Below are positions 20,680 through 30,876 of a DNA stretch of 64,000 nt, piece by piece. The translations under genes and the position numbers were made by a program. Numbering within the stretch: position 1 is the first letter of the stretch; each line of letters starts with the position of its first letter. The notes under the pieces were generated by a model. That model was not told where the DNA came from, searched no databases, and worked only from the letters and a program-made list of their open reading frames with translations. This stretch comes from Methanomassiliicoccaceae archaeon. Lineage in GTDB: Archaea; Thermoplasmatota; Thermoplasmata; Methanomassiliicoccales; Methanomassiliicoccaceae. The stretch is taken from the NCBI GenBank assembly GCA_963728405.1, contig CAVSJV010000004.1:32001-96000 (forward strand), given 5' to 3'.

Positions 20680-21327
20680 TTATTGGAACTCGGCGATGTT
20701 CGTGTACATCAGGGTGGCGGTCACCGCATCACCGTTCGCATATTGAAGGACCAGCAGATAGGGGCATTTGTTGGTCGAACCCAGCCAATATTCGTAATAG
20801 AGACCGATGCCCGATTTGGTCGTGGTCGTGATGGTATACCCAATTGCCTCCTGCGCCCCGTAGATAGTGCCCAGCTCGGTCTCGTTGCTGACCGTAGCCG
20901 ATGACGAGCTTCCCGACAGCTTGTTCATGACATCCGCGATATTCGATGACCAATCGCCACTGGCCCCGGTGAACTGGACCACGGTCCTGGTCGTTTTAGT
21001 GTCGAGGGTTATCGCATAGGTGATCTCATAGGAGGTCGAGGTCGCGTTGGTGACCTCGATGATCAGGGAACCGGTGGTGTTCTTCTGTTCAGCATAGCTT
21101 TCGATGAGATACTTCACGGTGTCACCCTTCTTGATGTCCAAACCACGCGATGAACTGTTCGCCAGCGTGGCAACGACCACCACCGTACAGATCGCCAGAG
21201 CTAATGCGATGATGAGCAGGACCTTGCGGCCCTTTGATGCCTTTTTTCCGTTTCCGCCCGAACTTTTGATCGGACCGTCCCGGCGGGACTTACTAGCTCC
21301 ATTTCCGGATGTGGGACCTGACATCAT
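20680..21327 (-). CDS. Membrane-anchored Ser/Thr-rich extracellular protein
   Basis: Basic N-terminus, one hydrophobic helix, then a Thr/Ser/Tyr-rich domain. Confidence 0.65.
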   Translation of the reverse strand: MMSGPTSGNGASKSRRDGPIKSSGGNGKKASKGRKVLLIIALALAICTVVVVATLANSSSRGLDIKKGDTVKYLIESYAEQKNTTGSLIIEVTNATSTSYEITYAITLDTKTTRTVVQFTGASGDWSSNIADVMNKLSGSSSSATVSNETELGTIYGAQEAIGYTITTTTKSGIGLYYEYWLGSTNKCPYLLVLQYANGDAVTATLMYTNIAEFQ

Positions 21328-21556
21328 TTGCTCCTTTGGTCTTGGTGCCTAGGACGAATTGCGATAAGATACTTACGAAGGGCCAGCCCGCCTAGGTCTG
21401 GCAGATCAGACCGACCTGGTGAGCCTTGGACCGAATGTTCATAGATCGTTAGTCCTGAACCTCTGATCGGTCCATCCTCTTGCCATAAAGCGGGCGGGCA
21501 TCAGGAGTGGGCGGAGACAAAAATGAGATATATGGCCAGCTTCCAAAGGTACCTCA

Positions 21557-22237
21557 GTGTCCGGCGCACTACAGTTCCAAGATGCTCGCAGAGATGCCAA
21601 GTTCGGAGATCTGAAAGCGTCACGACTACCGAATCACATCGGCATCATTCCTGACGGTAACAGGCGATGGGCGGTGGATCGGGGCCTGGAGAAACGCTCC
21701 GGCTATGCTTTTGGTATCGATCCCGCCTTTGACCTCTACAATCGATGCAGGGCGCTGGGGGTCAAGGAGGTAAGCATCTATGGCTTCACCAGAGAGAACA
21801 CCAAGAGGCCGCGAGATCAGCGGGAGGCCTACCAGGCCGCGTGCTTGAAATCGGTCCGCCGGCTGGCGGACCTAGATGCGGACCTGCTCATCGTCGGCGA
21901 TTCCGAATCGGCCATGTTCCCTGAGGAGTTCAGGCCATTCACCACCCGCACCCGTCTGGGCCAGGGAGGCATTAAGGTAAACCTTCTGATCAATTATAGC
22001 TGGCGCTGGGACCTGGACAAGCTGGAAGCAACCGGCCGCATAGGGTCAAGCGATGTCAGTGAGATCGAGCTGGTCATCCGGTGGGGAGGACGGAGCCGGT
22101 TGAGCGGTTTCCTGCCGGTCCAGTGCGCCTACGCCGACCTGTTCGTGCTTGATGAGCTGTGGCCGGACTACGCACCACAACATCTGGCAAGAGCTTTAGA
22201 ATGGTACCAGGCCCAGGATATTACCAAGGGCGGTTGA
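21557..22237 (+). CDS. cis-prenyltransferase (undecaprenyl diphosphate synthase family)
   Basis: HIGIIPDGNRRWA, YGFTREN, IRWGGRSRLSGFLP, LWPDY. Confidence 0.88.
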   Translation: MSGALQFQDARRDAKFGDLKASRLPNHIGIIPDGNRRWAVDRGLEKRSGYAFGIDPAFDLYNRCRALGVKEVSIYGFTRENTKRPRDQREAYQAACLKSVRRLADLDADLLIVGDSESAMFPEEFRPFTTRTRLGQGGIKVNLLINYSWRWDLDKLEATGRIGSSDVSEIELVIRWGGRSRLSGFLPVQCAYADLFVLDELWPDYAPQHLARALEWYQAQDITKGG

Positions 22238-22368
22238 GAGGCCTAAATAATTATCCACCCAGACATATGGCGGTTCGAGGCCAGAGCTTTGCTTACCCGG
22301 AGACGGCCTGGTTTTCGAGAAATAACTTTAAGTAATGGTCCTCATGTTTTCCTTCCGGAGTAATAATA

Positions 22369-22689
22369 TTGCCTAGTAGACGACCATTCAAGCCTGGCGC
22401 TAGAAGGGACGACAGAAAAAAGATCCGTCCCCAGACGCCTCGTGTAGCCATGTTGAACCTCCACCGTTTGGGATCGTTCAAGTACGATCTGAGGGAGATA
22501 CTCAACGCCGCCCCTATGGACAAGACTGTCATACCCACAGTCGTGGCGAACATCATCGCCAAGTCGTCCCGGGTCTCCGTCAAAGAGACCAAGGAATACA
22601 TCAGAGAGATCGAGGCCGTTGGCACCATCGACAAGATAGCTGCCGATGATGTCTGTATCCTGTTGGACCGCTACTCCAAGTGGCGCTGA
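22369..22689 (+). CDS. Hypothetical basic protein
   Basis: Coding-like composition, AT-rich promoter-like tract upstream; no family recognised. Confidence 0.6.
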   Translation: MPSRRPFKPGARRDDRKKIRPQTPRVAMLNLHRLGSFKYDLREILNAAPMDKTVIPTVVANIIAKSSRVSVKETKEYIREIEAVGTIDKIAADDVCILLDRYSKWR

Positions 22690-22702
22690 GCCCGTTCTGG
22701 AC

Positions 22703-24114
22703 TCATCTCTTTCGGGGCATCGGTTTCACCATCAGCCTCTTACCTCTGTAAGAGGACTGGCGGAGCGCCCTCAATATCTTCAGTCCGACGTCCTTGTGGA
22801 CCTCGATTTCGGTCTTGTTCTGTCCGATCTCGATGTGTCCGATCACGATGTCGTTGACACGGGCGGTCCGAGCTATGAAGTCCGCCAGCTCGACCTTGTT
22901 GGCCCCATTGGCCGAGCCAATGTTCAGCTCGTACCTGACCATGCCGAAGATATCGGCCATCTCGTCAAAGTCCAGGACCTCTTGGACGGTCTCCTCGCCT
23001 TTTATTTGGGGGACCTCGACCTGCTTTAGCTTCACGTCAGTGAACTTTTGTATAGCTTCTAGAAGGTGCATCTCATCATTGGAGACAAAGGTGACGGCCC
23101 TTCCTTCCTTCCCGGCCCGTCCAGTCCTACCGATGCGGTGGACGTAGGTCTCGGGCGAATCTGGGATGTCGTAGTTGATGACGTAATTTCACACCCTCGA
23201 TATCCAGCCCCCGAGCGGCCACGTCAGTAGCTACAAGTACCATGATCTTTCCGGAGCGGAACTCAGTGAGCACCTTTTCCCTACGAGCCTGGGTCAGATC
23301 GCCGTGGATGGCTGCGGCGGGATAGCCATAAGAAGTTAGTCGCTTCTCGATAGTGTCCACCATGTGCTTGGTCTGGGCGAACACAATGGCCTTGGGCCTC
23401 TCTTTATCCAGGACCCTGCACAAGGCCCAGATCTTGTTCTTTCGTCCGACGTTGAAGTACATCTGCTTGGTGTTAGGGAGGACGATGTCGTCCTCAGAGA
23501 CCGAGACCACCTGGGGTCCCTTCATATGCTCTTCGGCCAGCTTCCTGATCTCTCCAGGGATGGTCGCCGAGAACAACATGGTCTGGCGCTCCTTGGGGAC
23601 CTTGGACAAGAGGTAGGTGATGTCCTCGATGAAACCCATGTCGAGCATGCGGTCCGCCTCGTCCAGCACCAGGAATCTGATCTTTCTCAGATCAAGGGTT
23701 CCCCGCCGGACATGGTCGATGACCCTCCCGGGAGTACCAACCACGATATCGACACCCTGACGGAGCGCCTCGAACTGGGGCTCCATGCCCGCACCTCCGT
23801 AGACGGCAAGCACTTTGATGTCAACATTGACGCTAAGCCGCTTGATCTCTTCCGAGACCTGGACCGCAAGCTCACTGTGTCGGGCAAAGTACCAGCGCCG
23901 CGGGCACCTTACCATGCTCTATGCTCTGGATGATCGGAATGCCGAATGCAGCGGTCTTTCCCGTCCCGGTCTGGGCCTGAGCGATCACGTCGCGGCCCTC
24001 CAGCAAAAGAGGGATCGTTCCGACCTGTACTGGAGTGGGTTCGGACCAGCCCATCTTCTCTATGGCCTTTAATACAGGGTCGGTAACTTGGAGACTACGA
24101 AAATCTTGGGTCAT
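22703..24114 (-). CDS. DEAD-box RNA helicase with DbpA-type RNA-binding C-terminus (frameshifts near 23878 and 23190)
   Basis: [46 protein letters not shown] spread over three frames. Confidence 0.92.
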
Positions 24115-24252
24115 ATTGATTCACTGCTTCACGGTTCATTTCAGTTTATCTCTGAAGTTCATTTCCCTCATTAGCCCATTCCCACTTAATCATTACTATT
24201 AGCTAGGTTCTAAAAGGGCTCCGTTCGTCGTCACTGGTATGCGGAACGGGAC

Positions 24253-24876
24253 TCACACTGCTCGCTCCGCTAGCTCCTTGGTCCTTCTTAGTCCCTCGGA
24301 TAGGCGGCTGAGGTCGCCTAGGCGCGATGAGTGGGGAAGCTTGAGCTGTTCAGCGAACTGGATGGATTTGGCCTCGAATTGCCCGCTGTCCCCCACCCCG
24401 GTATCGATGTACAGGCACCGGCCGTACGATTGGAAGATCATATCAACGAAATACATCGGATCGTAGCCCTCATCCACCATGCTGTCCAGGTGCAGTTCTT
24501 TGATCACCGCCTGCATGCCCTGTTCCGCCCAACCCGGGGTGGAGAACCAAGTTCCGGTGCATACTGCCTTTTCCTTGGCATAGTCGACAGGCCCGAGCAG
24601 GACCGATATGCAATCGTCCCCTTCCAGCATGATCGATGGTACCACGGTCTCCCGAGGTAATCCGTTCAATTTTTGGCAGATGGCATAGCCGATGAAGACG
24701 GCATCCACCTTTCCCTGCAGGGCGTTGACCTTTTCCAGTACGGTCTGCCTCATCACATCGGGGTTGACATGCAGCGCAAATTCCAGAAACTCCAGATGTA
24801 TGACGTCTGGATCGTTGGCAGTAAGGCTCTCGATCTCGCGCTTGAAGATGTCACAGGCTACAATGCCGATCCTCAT
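24253..24876 (-). CDS. DUF1638-family protein
   Basis: IVAC, ALHVNP, GYAIC, DDCISVLLG, TPGW, YIDTG. Confidence 0.75.
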   Translation of the reverse strand: MRIGIVACDIFKREIESLTANDPDVIHLEFLEFALHVNPDVMRQTVLEKVNALQGKVDAVFIGYAICQKLNGLPRETVVPSIMLEGDDCISVLLGPVDYAKEKAVCTGTWFSTPGWAEQGMQAVIKELHLDSMVDEGYDPMYFVDMIFQSYGRCLYIDTGVGDSGQFEAKSIQFAEQLKLPHSSRLGDLSRLSEGLRRTKELAERAV

Positions 24877-25030
24877 CTTGACTACCAGGGAACGGGAACG
24901 TCCTCCTACCGCATATTCCCTTCGCCCGGCCCACTCAAGGCGTTCTTAGTGTGGTCCGGTCCTATGAGGCATTAAGCGATCGCGCCAAGAAGTGAATTTT
25001 AAAAAAGAAAACGGTTTGATTAGAAGAAGC

Positions 25031-25462
25031 TCACTTCTTCATCTCATTGTCCTCGGCCACCGAAGTGAAGAAGTCGTGGTGCTCTTCCTCTTCTTCCAGG
25101 ATCCCCTCGAAGATGAACTTGGTTGTCACATCGCCCTCGGCATCGGCAACCTTGATGATCTCCTTGTAAAGGTCGATGGCCTCCTGCTCCGCGGTGACGT
25201 CATTATCTATCATCTGCCACAGGTCATCACCCACATCGATGGGGGCCGGCTTGGTGGTCGGCTTTCCGCCCAAGTACCAGAGCCGCTCGGCAATCTTCTC
25301 GGCGTGCTTCATCTCCTGGATGGCAATCTCTTGCAGCTGGTCAGTGACCGCATAGTGCTTTATTCCTCCCCACTGAACATGCTGCCACATGTACTGTATC
25401 GATACTTGGACTTCTCTCGCAATGGCCTTATTCAACATATCCAAGAGCTTTTCAGATGTCAT
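25031..25462 (-). CDS. Bacterioferritin/ferritin-like protein
   Basis: E...QY, EMKHAEKIAER, E...EEEH diiron ligand pattern. Confidence 0.88.
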   Translation of the reverse strand: MTSEKLLDMLNKAIAREVQVSIQYMWQHVQWGGIKHYAVTDQLQEIAIQEMKHAEKIAERLWYLGGKPTTKPAPIDVGDDLWQMIDNDVTAEQEAIDLYKEIIKVADAEGDVTTKFIFEGILEEEEEHHDFFTSVAEDNEMKK

Positions 25463-25585
25463 TATGCCCCTCCAAATCACACGTTCCGTAGAACGCCTGT
25501 AAAATTGATTCCTTAATGATATAAAACTTATGCCATACAATTTGAAACGGAGCTTGGAAAATAATGAAAAAAGGAGAAGTGGATA

Positions 25586-26740
25586 TTATTTCTTCTTTTT
25601 TCTTGGAACGGTCTGGGGGTGCCATTCGTCGGCCTTGACCGGAATACTGATCTTCTTGCTGACCCACCACCAGGCAAGGAGGGTGGACTCGACCGTGGAA
25701 AGGAAGATGATCATAAGGAACCAGGTGAGCATATTGCCTTGCAGGGACAGCATCCCACCGATCGTGGCCAGGGTGTTGGGAACCAGGACAGCAGTGCCCA
25801 GGATGGTCAACCAGGTCATCGCCAGGGCCATGCGGTTGTTCAGGATCTGAAGCTGGTTGTTATAGATGGACTGTAGGACCTCCAGCCCCGATGCAAGGAC
25901 CTCGGACATATGCTCGCTGAGAGAGATCTGCTGGGTCACGTCCACTACCAGCAGGTTCACCTTGGCCAGGACCTTGGGATTATCGGAGATCACGTCAGCG
26001 TCCCCGTAACGCAGATTGTTGAGCACGTCCAAGGTCCGCCACAGGGTGTTCAGGTAGGTGATCAGGGTGTGCTTCATCTCATAGATGCTCTGGCCAAGGA
26101 GAGCTCGCTCGGCCTTGGCATCGACCAGGCTTTCGGACAACCAATCGGCCTGGTCCTCGATCTCCCTGAGCTGCTCAAAGTTACGGTTGTTGTTCTCGTC
26201 GATGATGCGGCACAGCATCAGAGTGAGCTTGTCCTCGGGAGGCATGGTCTCGGGGAGCTTTCGCGCGAACACCTCGGCATAGCGGGAGAAGTTGACCAGC
26301 CTGAAGATGTCCTTGGTATGGATCGTTAGGATGAGATTCCTCTTGACCAGGACGATCAGGGGGAACCAGGCGAAGTCCACCTTCTTGATCCGTACTGCTG
26401 GCAGGAGGATGCCGAGTTCCACGTCGCGGTCCTCGAAGTTAGCAAAGTAACCTTTCATGAGGGTCGGGATCAAAGTATCGCTGAAACCAAAGGCCCTGGC
26501 GATATCATTGCCGTCCTTCTCCACGTCCTCGGTGGTGAAGTTGATCCAGGTGAGATTGGAAGTCTGGACGTAGCCCAGGAACTCCTGGGGAATATCGCCC
26601 TGCACCTTGATCGGCTTGGATCCGGGCGGCAAGGTCACGCCGACCGCCCTCTTCCTTACTTCCCCGTTCATTTCCGGTGGCCTGACATCCTGGGGGAGCA
26701 CTTTCGCTCCATTGCTGTCACCATTCACGGCCAGGTCCAT
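25586..26740 (-). CDS. corA: CorA-family divalent cation transporter
   Basis: Large soluble domain plus two C-terminal TM helices; GGM where the GMN signature is expected (divergent). Confidence 0.75.
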   Translation of the reverse strand: MDLAVNGDSNGAKVLPQDVRPPEMNGEVRKRAVGVTLPPGSKPIKVQGDIPQEFLGYVQTSNLTWINFTTEDVEKDGNDIARAFGFSDTLIPTLMKGYFANFEDRDVELGILLPAVRIKKVDFAWFPLIVLVKRNLILTIHTKDIFRLVNFSRYAEVFARKLPETMPPEDKLTLMLCRIIDENNNRNFEQLREIEDQADWLSESLVDAKAERALLGQSIYEMKHTLITYLNTLWRTLDVLNNLRYGDADVISDNPKVLAKVNLLVVDVTQQISLSEHMSEVLASGLEVLQSIYNNQLQILNNRMALAMTWLTILGTAVLVPNTLATIGGMLSLQGNMLTWFLMIIFLSTVESTLLAWWWVSKKISIPVKADEWHPQTVPRKKKK

Positions 26741-26774
26741 CTCATGCCACCTCTGTTCGGGTTGGACGGGTATC

Positions 26775-27303
26775 CTACAGCCCCAATGTATACTTGCCTA
26801 TCTGAACGCAAATTACCCGCAAGCGCCAGTGGATGCGCTCGACCTTTCCTACATATCTGGTCAGCTCGACGTGGTGGGTCTCGGCTGCGATAAGGTTCTC
26901 GATCTCGTCAAGGAACGACCTCATGTCGCTCTCATCATTCAGCAATCCAAGGAGCGTAGCTTTGACCATGCCACGGATGTTGCTGTAAATGTCCTTCATC
27001 AACCGTTCGGTGCTACCGAGCTCCACCATCATCTCCAGGTCGTTCTTGTTCTTGAAGTTGAACGATTTTCCGTGCGTAGGGGGGTGGTTTCTCCCGGGAG
27101 GTCATCTTCACCTTGTCAATGAGCGCCTGGACCACCCCGGCGTGCCGGGCGGAGTCGACGATGAGCCCTATCAGCACATCCCTGAGCTTTTCCATCCCAT
27201 AGTAGCCTTCCCACTGAGCATCCTGCTCAAAGGCAAGCTCGATCTCTTTGACCCCTCTAATCACCATTACCAGTTCGTCACCGGATCGGAACTTTGCCAC
27301 CAT
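26775..27303 (-). CDS. Ferritin-like domain protein (frameshift near 27080)
   Basis: DSARH and AETHH ExxH-like motifs in two halves joined by a frameshift in a G/C run. Confidence 0.55.
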
Positions 27304-27404
27304 CACACCGGTCGGACATCCGCCCGGGACCCAGTAATGATATGCCAATGGCCCTCGGTCCCGACCCGGAAGAAAAATATTTGTTTTGAGGCCATACATT
27401 TCCT

Positions 27405-27989
27405 GTGAACACCAAATTCCTCTCTCCAAGACTCGGAGCGACCGCCGGCCTGATCGGTTCTATCACGTTCACGACGTTGTGGGCCATGGCGGCGGTTACT
27501 GACGACAATTGGCAGCTAGGGAGGATGACCCTGAGCGAGCTGGGGGGCCGCTCCAGCCCTGGAGCGCTTCTATTTAATTCAGGGGCCGTCTTCACCGGGC
27601 TGCTGTCACTGGTGTTCGCCATCGGCCTCTACCGTGTGCTGTCCACCAGTCTTTTAGGGAGGGTGGGCTCGACCACCCTGGCCATTGCATCGATATTCCT
27701 GGTCGGCGTCGGCCTCTTCCCTATCGATACCGGCGAGCCGCACACCGTGCTCAGTTATGGCTTCTTCATAGTAGCGGCCGTATCACTGGCATTATTGATC
27801 GTACCCATCTGGAAAAGTCATGTGCTCCATCCCAGCGGAGGCATGCTAACCGCAGTGCTCCTGGTGGTGCCCCTGGTCAGCATCGCGTTCCTGCCCAAGG
27901 CCGGAGTCGAGGCTCTGGCCGTAGGGTGTCTGCTGCTGTGGATGGCCCTCATCAGCATCAGGATGCTCTGGCATCACCCGGTGACGTGA
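27405..27989 (+). CDS. DUF998-family membrane protein
   Basis: TLSELG, FNSG, VGLFP, H motifs; multiple TM helices. Confidence 0.75.
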   Translation: MNTKFLSPRLGATAGLIGSITFTTLWAMAAVTDDNWQLGRMTLSELGGRSSPGALLFNSGAVFTGLLSLVFAIGLYRVLSTSLLGRVGSTTLAIASIFLVGVGLFPIDTGEPHTVLSYGFFIVAAVSLALLIVPIWKSHVLHPSGGMLTAVLLVVPLVSIAFLPKAGVEALAVGCLLLWMALISIRMLWHHPVT

Positions 27990-29063
27990 TCAGAGCTTTC
28001 CTTGGTAACGGAAGGCGATATTACAGCCTCCTTCCCGCGATACCATACAGGGGCCCATCGGATACTTGGGCGTGCATCCTTTCCCGAAGGCTGGGCACTC
28101 CCGCGATTCGATGAGGCCCCGGAGCACCTCGCCACAACGGCATCCCCCCAGCTCCTCTCGGACCTGCGGGCGGTTCGTGAGCACATCCTCGTGGACCTTC
28201 TTTGCATCATGGGCCTCGTACTCTTCGCGGAGATCATAGGCGCTGCCAGGGATGACTGGGAAGCCCCTCCAGGCGCGGTCGACCGGTGTGAACACCTGCT
28301 CCAGGAGCCTCATCGCCCGAGGATTGCCATTGTTCTTGACCAGGCGACTGTACTCGTTCTCTACCTCGGCCCGCCCTTCCTTGATCTGCTTGACCAGCAT
28401 ATGTACGGCCATCAGCAGGTCGAGCGGCTCGAAGCCGGCCACTACCTGGGGGACCTTGTACTTGGAGGAGAAGATCTGGTACGGGTCAACGCCGATTATG
28501 GCACTGACGTGCCCCGGCTCGATAAGGCCGTCGATCTTGAACTCCCCCATATTGATGATGGCATGGAGCGCGGGAGGCAACAAGCGGTGGCAGGAGTAAA
28601 CTGAGAAGTTATCGGGAAGCTTTTCCACCATCACCGCGGCGGTGGTCGGACTGGTGGTCTCGAATCCAATGCCCATGAACACCATTTGCTTGACCTCGGA
28701 GGCCATGCGCACGGCGTCCTCGACCGAGTAGACGATCCGGACATCCTTGCCTCGGGCCTTGGCGTCTCCCAGCGAGCCGATCGGTGTGGGCACTTTGAGC
28801 ATGTCCCCGAAGACCGCAATGGTCATACCGGCGTCGGCCAGGGCTATGGCATCAGCCACCTCACCCGTGGTGGTCACACAGACAGGGCAGCCGGGACCCT
28901 GACGGATCTCTACACCCACATCCTTCAGCAGCGCTTCCAGCCCGAACCGGACCAAGGTGTCCTGGTGGGTGCCGCAGACGTGCATGAAGCGGACGTCCAC
29001 ATCTTCTTTGCGGATGGATTCTACTATCCTTTGCGCGGACTTCTCATCCCTCAATCGGAACAT
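27990..29063 (-). CDS. hypD: Hydrogenase maturation protein HypD
   Basis: MHVCGTH, GPGCPVCV, GFETT, PGHVS, C-terminal Cys cluster. Confidence 0.97.
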   Translation of the reverse strand: MFRLRDEKSAQRIVESIRKEDVDVRFMHVCGTHQDTLVRFGLEALLKDVGVEIRQGPGCPVCVTTTGEVADAIALADAGMTIAVFGDMLKVPTPIGSLGDAKARGKDVRIVYSVEDAVRMASEVKQMVFMGIGFETTSPTTAAVMVEKLPDNFSVYSCHRLLPPALHAIINMGEFKIDGLIEPGHVSAIIGVDPYQIFSSKYKVPQVVAGFEPLDLLMAVHMLVKQIKEGRAEVENEYSRLVKNNGNPRAMRLLEQVFTPVDRAWRGFPVIPGSAYDLREEYEAHDAKKVHEDVLTNRPQVREELGGCRCGEVLRGLIESRECPAFGKGCTPKYPMGPCMVSREGGCNIAFRYQGKL

Positions 29064-29436
29064 CTTCTTCCACCACCTTGATCGAACGGACCATGCAGCT
29101 CTTCCCCTTGGTGACCTCGACCCGCCGTCCGCATTTCGGGCAGTTGAGCGTCGGCACCTGGGTATGATATAGTTCATCCTCGAGGTGTTCCGCCCTCCCT
29201 TCATAAGCGCAGTGGCGGCAGATCACTTCGACCGGTTCATGCTCCACGATGAGCTTAGAGCCCTCCAGGATCGTATCCCTGGTCAAGACCTCGAAGGCGA
29301 AGCTGAGCTGGTCCTCGCCCAGGAAGGTCAGGTCTCCTATCGTCAGGAGCACCTCCTCGACCTTTTCGACCCGGTGGTTCTTCAGCTCCTCCATGACCGC
29401 GTCCAGTATACTGGACATGACGGAAACCTCGTGCAT
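29044..29436 (-). CDS. hypA: Hydrogenase nickel chaperone HypA
   Basis: N-terminal MHE; two CxxC motifs (CRHC, CPKC). Confidence 0.95.
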   Translation of the reverse strand: MHEVSVMSSILDAVMEELKNHRVEKVEEVLLTIGDLTFLGEDQLSFAFEVLTRDTILEGSKLIVEHEPVEVICRHCAYEGRAEHLEDELYHTQVPTLNCPKCGRRVEVTKGKSCMVRSIKVVEEDVPIEG

Positions 29437-29559
29437 TCCCTTCTCAATCGGAGGACTCTTATTTAACCTCATGCGAGCTTCACCTCATGCGAGCGGAAAG
29501 ACCTCCTGCGTCAGCTGGAGGCCGTAATGGGCACGAGCACTTTCACTGATTTCCCCGTT

Positions 29560-29825
29560 CGAAATTATTATATGAAGGTCGTCAAGTATCTCGCCGCTCT
29601 GACACGATCACCAACAAGTGCCGTCCCTACCCAAACAGGAGGTGAAGCATAGGCTGTCGCTATCGCGCGATAATAACGCTTCGATCAATATCCTCGACCG
29701 AGGATAACAGAAGGTACGGCCGGACAGGCCGGTACTCACATTTGTGGACATTGGACCGCTACATCGTCAAGGATGATGCAAGTCCGGTGGATGAAGCAAT
29801 GAGCGCTGTCAAAGAGGTAGTTCGC
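29560..29825 (+). mobile_element. Internally deleted IS200/IS605-family (TnpB) miniature element with omega-RNA-like 3' region
   Basis: Encodes TITNKCRPYPNR-VKHRL (TnpB N-terminus-like) joined to RDNNASINILDRG (TnpB RuvC-III-like), then a right-end-like sequence ending GGTAGTTCGC; ends approximate. Confidence 0.7.
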
Positions 29826-29911
29826 CTCTTGCCTTTTCATCCATCGGAGTCGCGGTCCGCCGGTCTGGACCCAGTTTTAATATAATCCCATGGGGATATT
29901 GAACAGAGCCT

Positions 29912-30199
29912 ATGCCCAACGAGGAGCGTTCCCGCAGGGAGCTGACCCTAGAGTCTTTGATCGAGGGTAAGAAACTGGAGGCCTACGTCGAGCACCGCAC
30001 CCGGGACATGCACTTCTGCGCCCTGTGCGGGGCGGTCGGCTACAAGAGAAGGCCGATGAAATGTGTAGGGACTCGTTGGCTGTGCATGGACTGCCTGCGC
30101 CAATTGAAGGAGACGTTGGACACCATGGAACAATGGGAGGCCGAGGTCCAGTTGGAGAAGGATATGTCCAAGAAAATCGACGAGGGGCTGGGCCTCTAG
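29912..30199 (+). CDS. Small zinc-finger protein
   Basis: CALCG and CMDC motifs, coiled C-terminus; TATA-like TTTTAATATAAT upstream. Confidence 0.7.
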   Translation: MPNEERSRRELTLESLIEGKKLEAYVEHRTRDMHFCALCGAVGYKRRPMKCVGTRWLCMDCLRQLKETLDTMEQWEAEVQLEKDMSKKIDEGLGL

Positions 30200-30876
30200 C
30201 CCTGACCGTTCCCAAATTCTTTGAGCTGTTTTTTGTAGTGGTCGCAGAACTCAGCGATGGGGCAGAGATCATGCTTCGGCCTCAGGGGAGTGCATACCTC
30301 CTGCCCGAAGCGGACCATCAGCTCGTTGATGCTCCTCCACCGTTCCCGGGGCACCACCTTCTCGAGCTGCTTCTCCGTCTCTTCCGGAAGGTCGGAACGC
30401 ACCAGACCGATGCGGTTGGAGATGCGGTGGACATGGGTGTCCACACAGATCGCGTCGATCTTGAAGGCATAGGCAAGAACGCAATTGGCAGTCTTCCGCC
30501 CGACCATGGGCAGACTCAGGAGCAGGTCGATGTCCGCCGGGACCTGGCCTCCGTAGTCCAGGTGAATGATGCGGGCGATCTCCCGGATGGCCTTGGCCTT
30601 CCCATGGTGGAAGTTCACCGTGCGGATGAGTTCGTCGACCTTCTCTTGAGGAGCGTTCATCAGCCCCTCAGGGGTTGGGTAGGCGTCGAACAGCCGTTCC
30701 GCCGCCAGATAGGTGCAATCGTCGCGATTTCGCTGCGATAGGACGGTAGCTATGAGCATGGTGAAGGGGGTCGACCGCCAGGATGGTTGCTTGCCCAGGG
30801 CGGACCCGGGAGAGGCCCTCTCCTCCGATCTCCGTTCCAAACGGTCCAGGATCTCATTCACTGGTTTTTTTACCAT
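30196..30876 (-). CDS. nth: Endonuclease III
   Basis: LSQR, HhH LPMVGRKTAN, VDTHVHR, C-terminal Fe-S motif (one Cys replaced by His). Confidence 0.93.
   Translation of the reverse strand: MVKKPVNEILDRLERRSEERASPGSALGKQPSWRSTPFTMLIATVLSQRNRDDCTYLAAERLFDAYPTPEGLMNAPQEKVDELIRTVNFHHGKAKAIREIARIIHLDYGGQVPADIDLLLSLPMVGRKTANCVLAYAFKIDAICVDTHVHRISNRIGLVRSDLPEETEKQLEKVVPRERWRSINELMVRFGQEVCTPLRPKHDLCPIAEFCDHYKKQLKEFGNGQG

Noticed and set aside
24186-24199. TAATCATTACTA upstream of the DEAD helicase resembling the fur operator
   Set aside because: Imperfect palindrome in an AT-rich promoter region with no metal-related target; likely coincidental.
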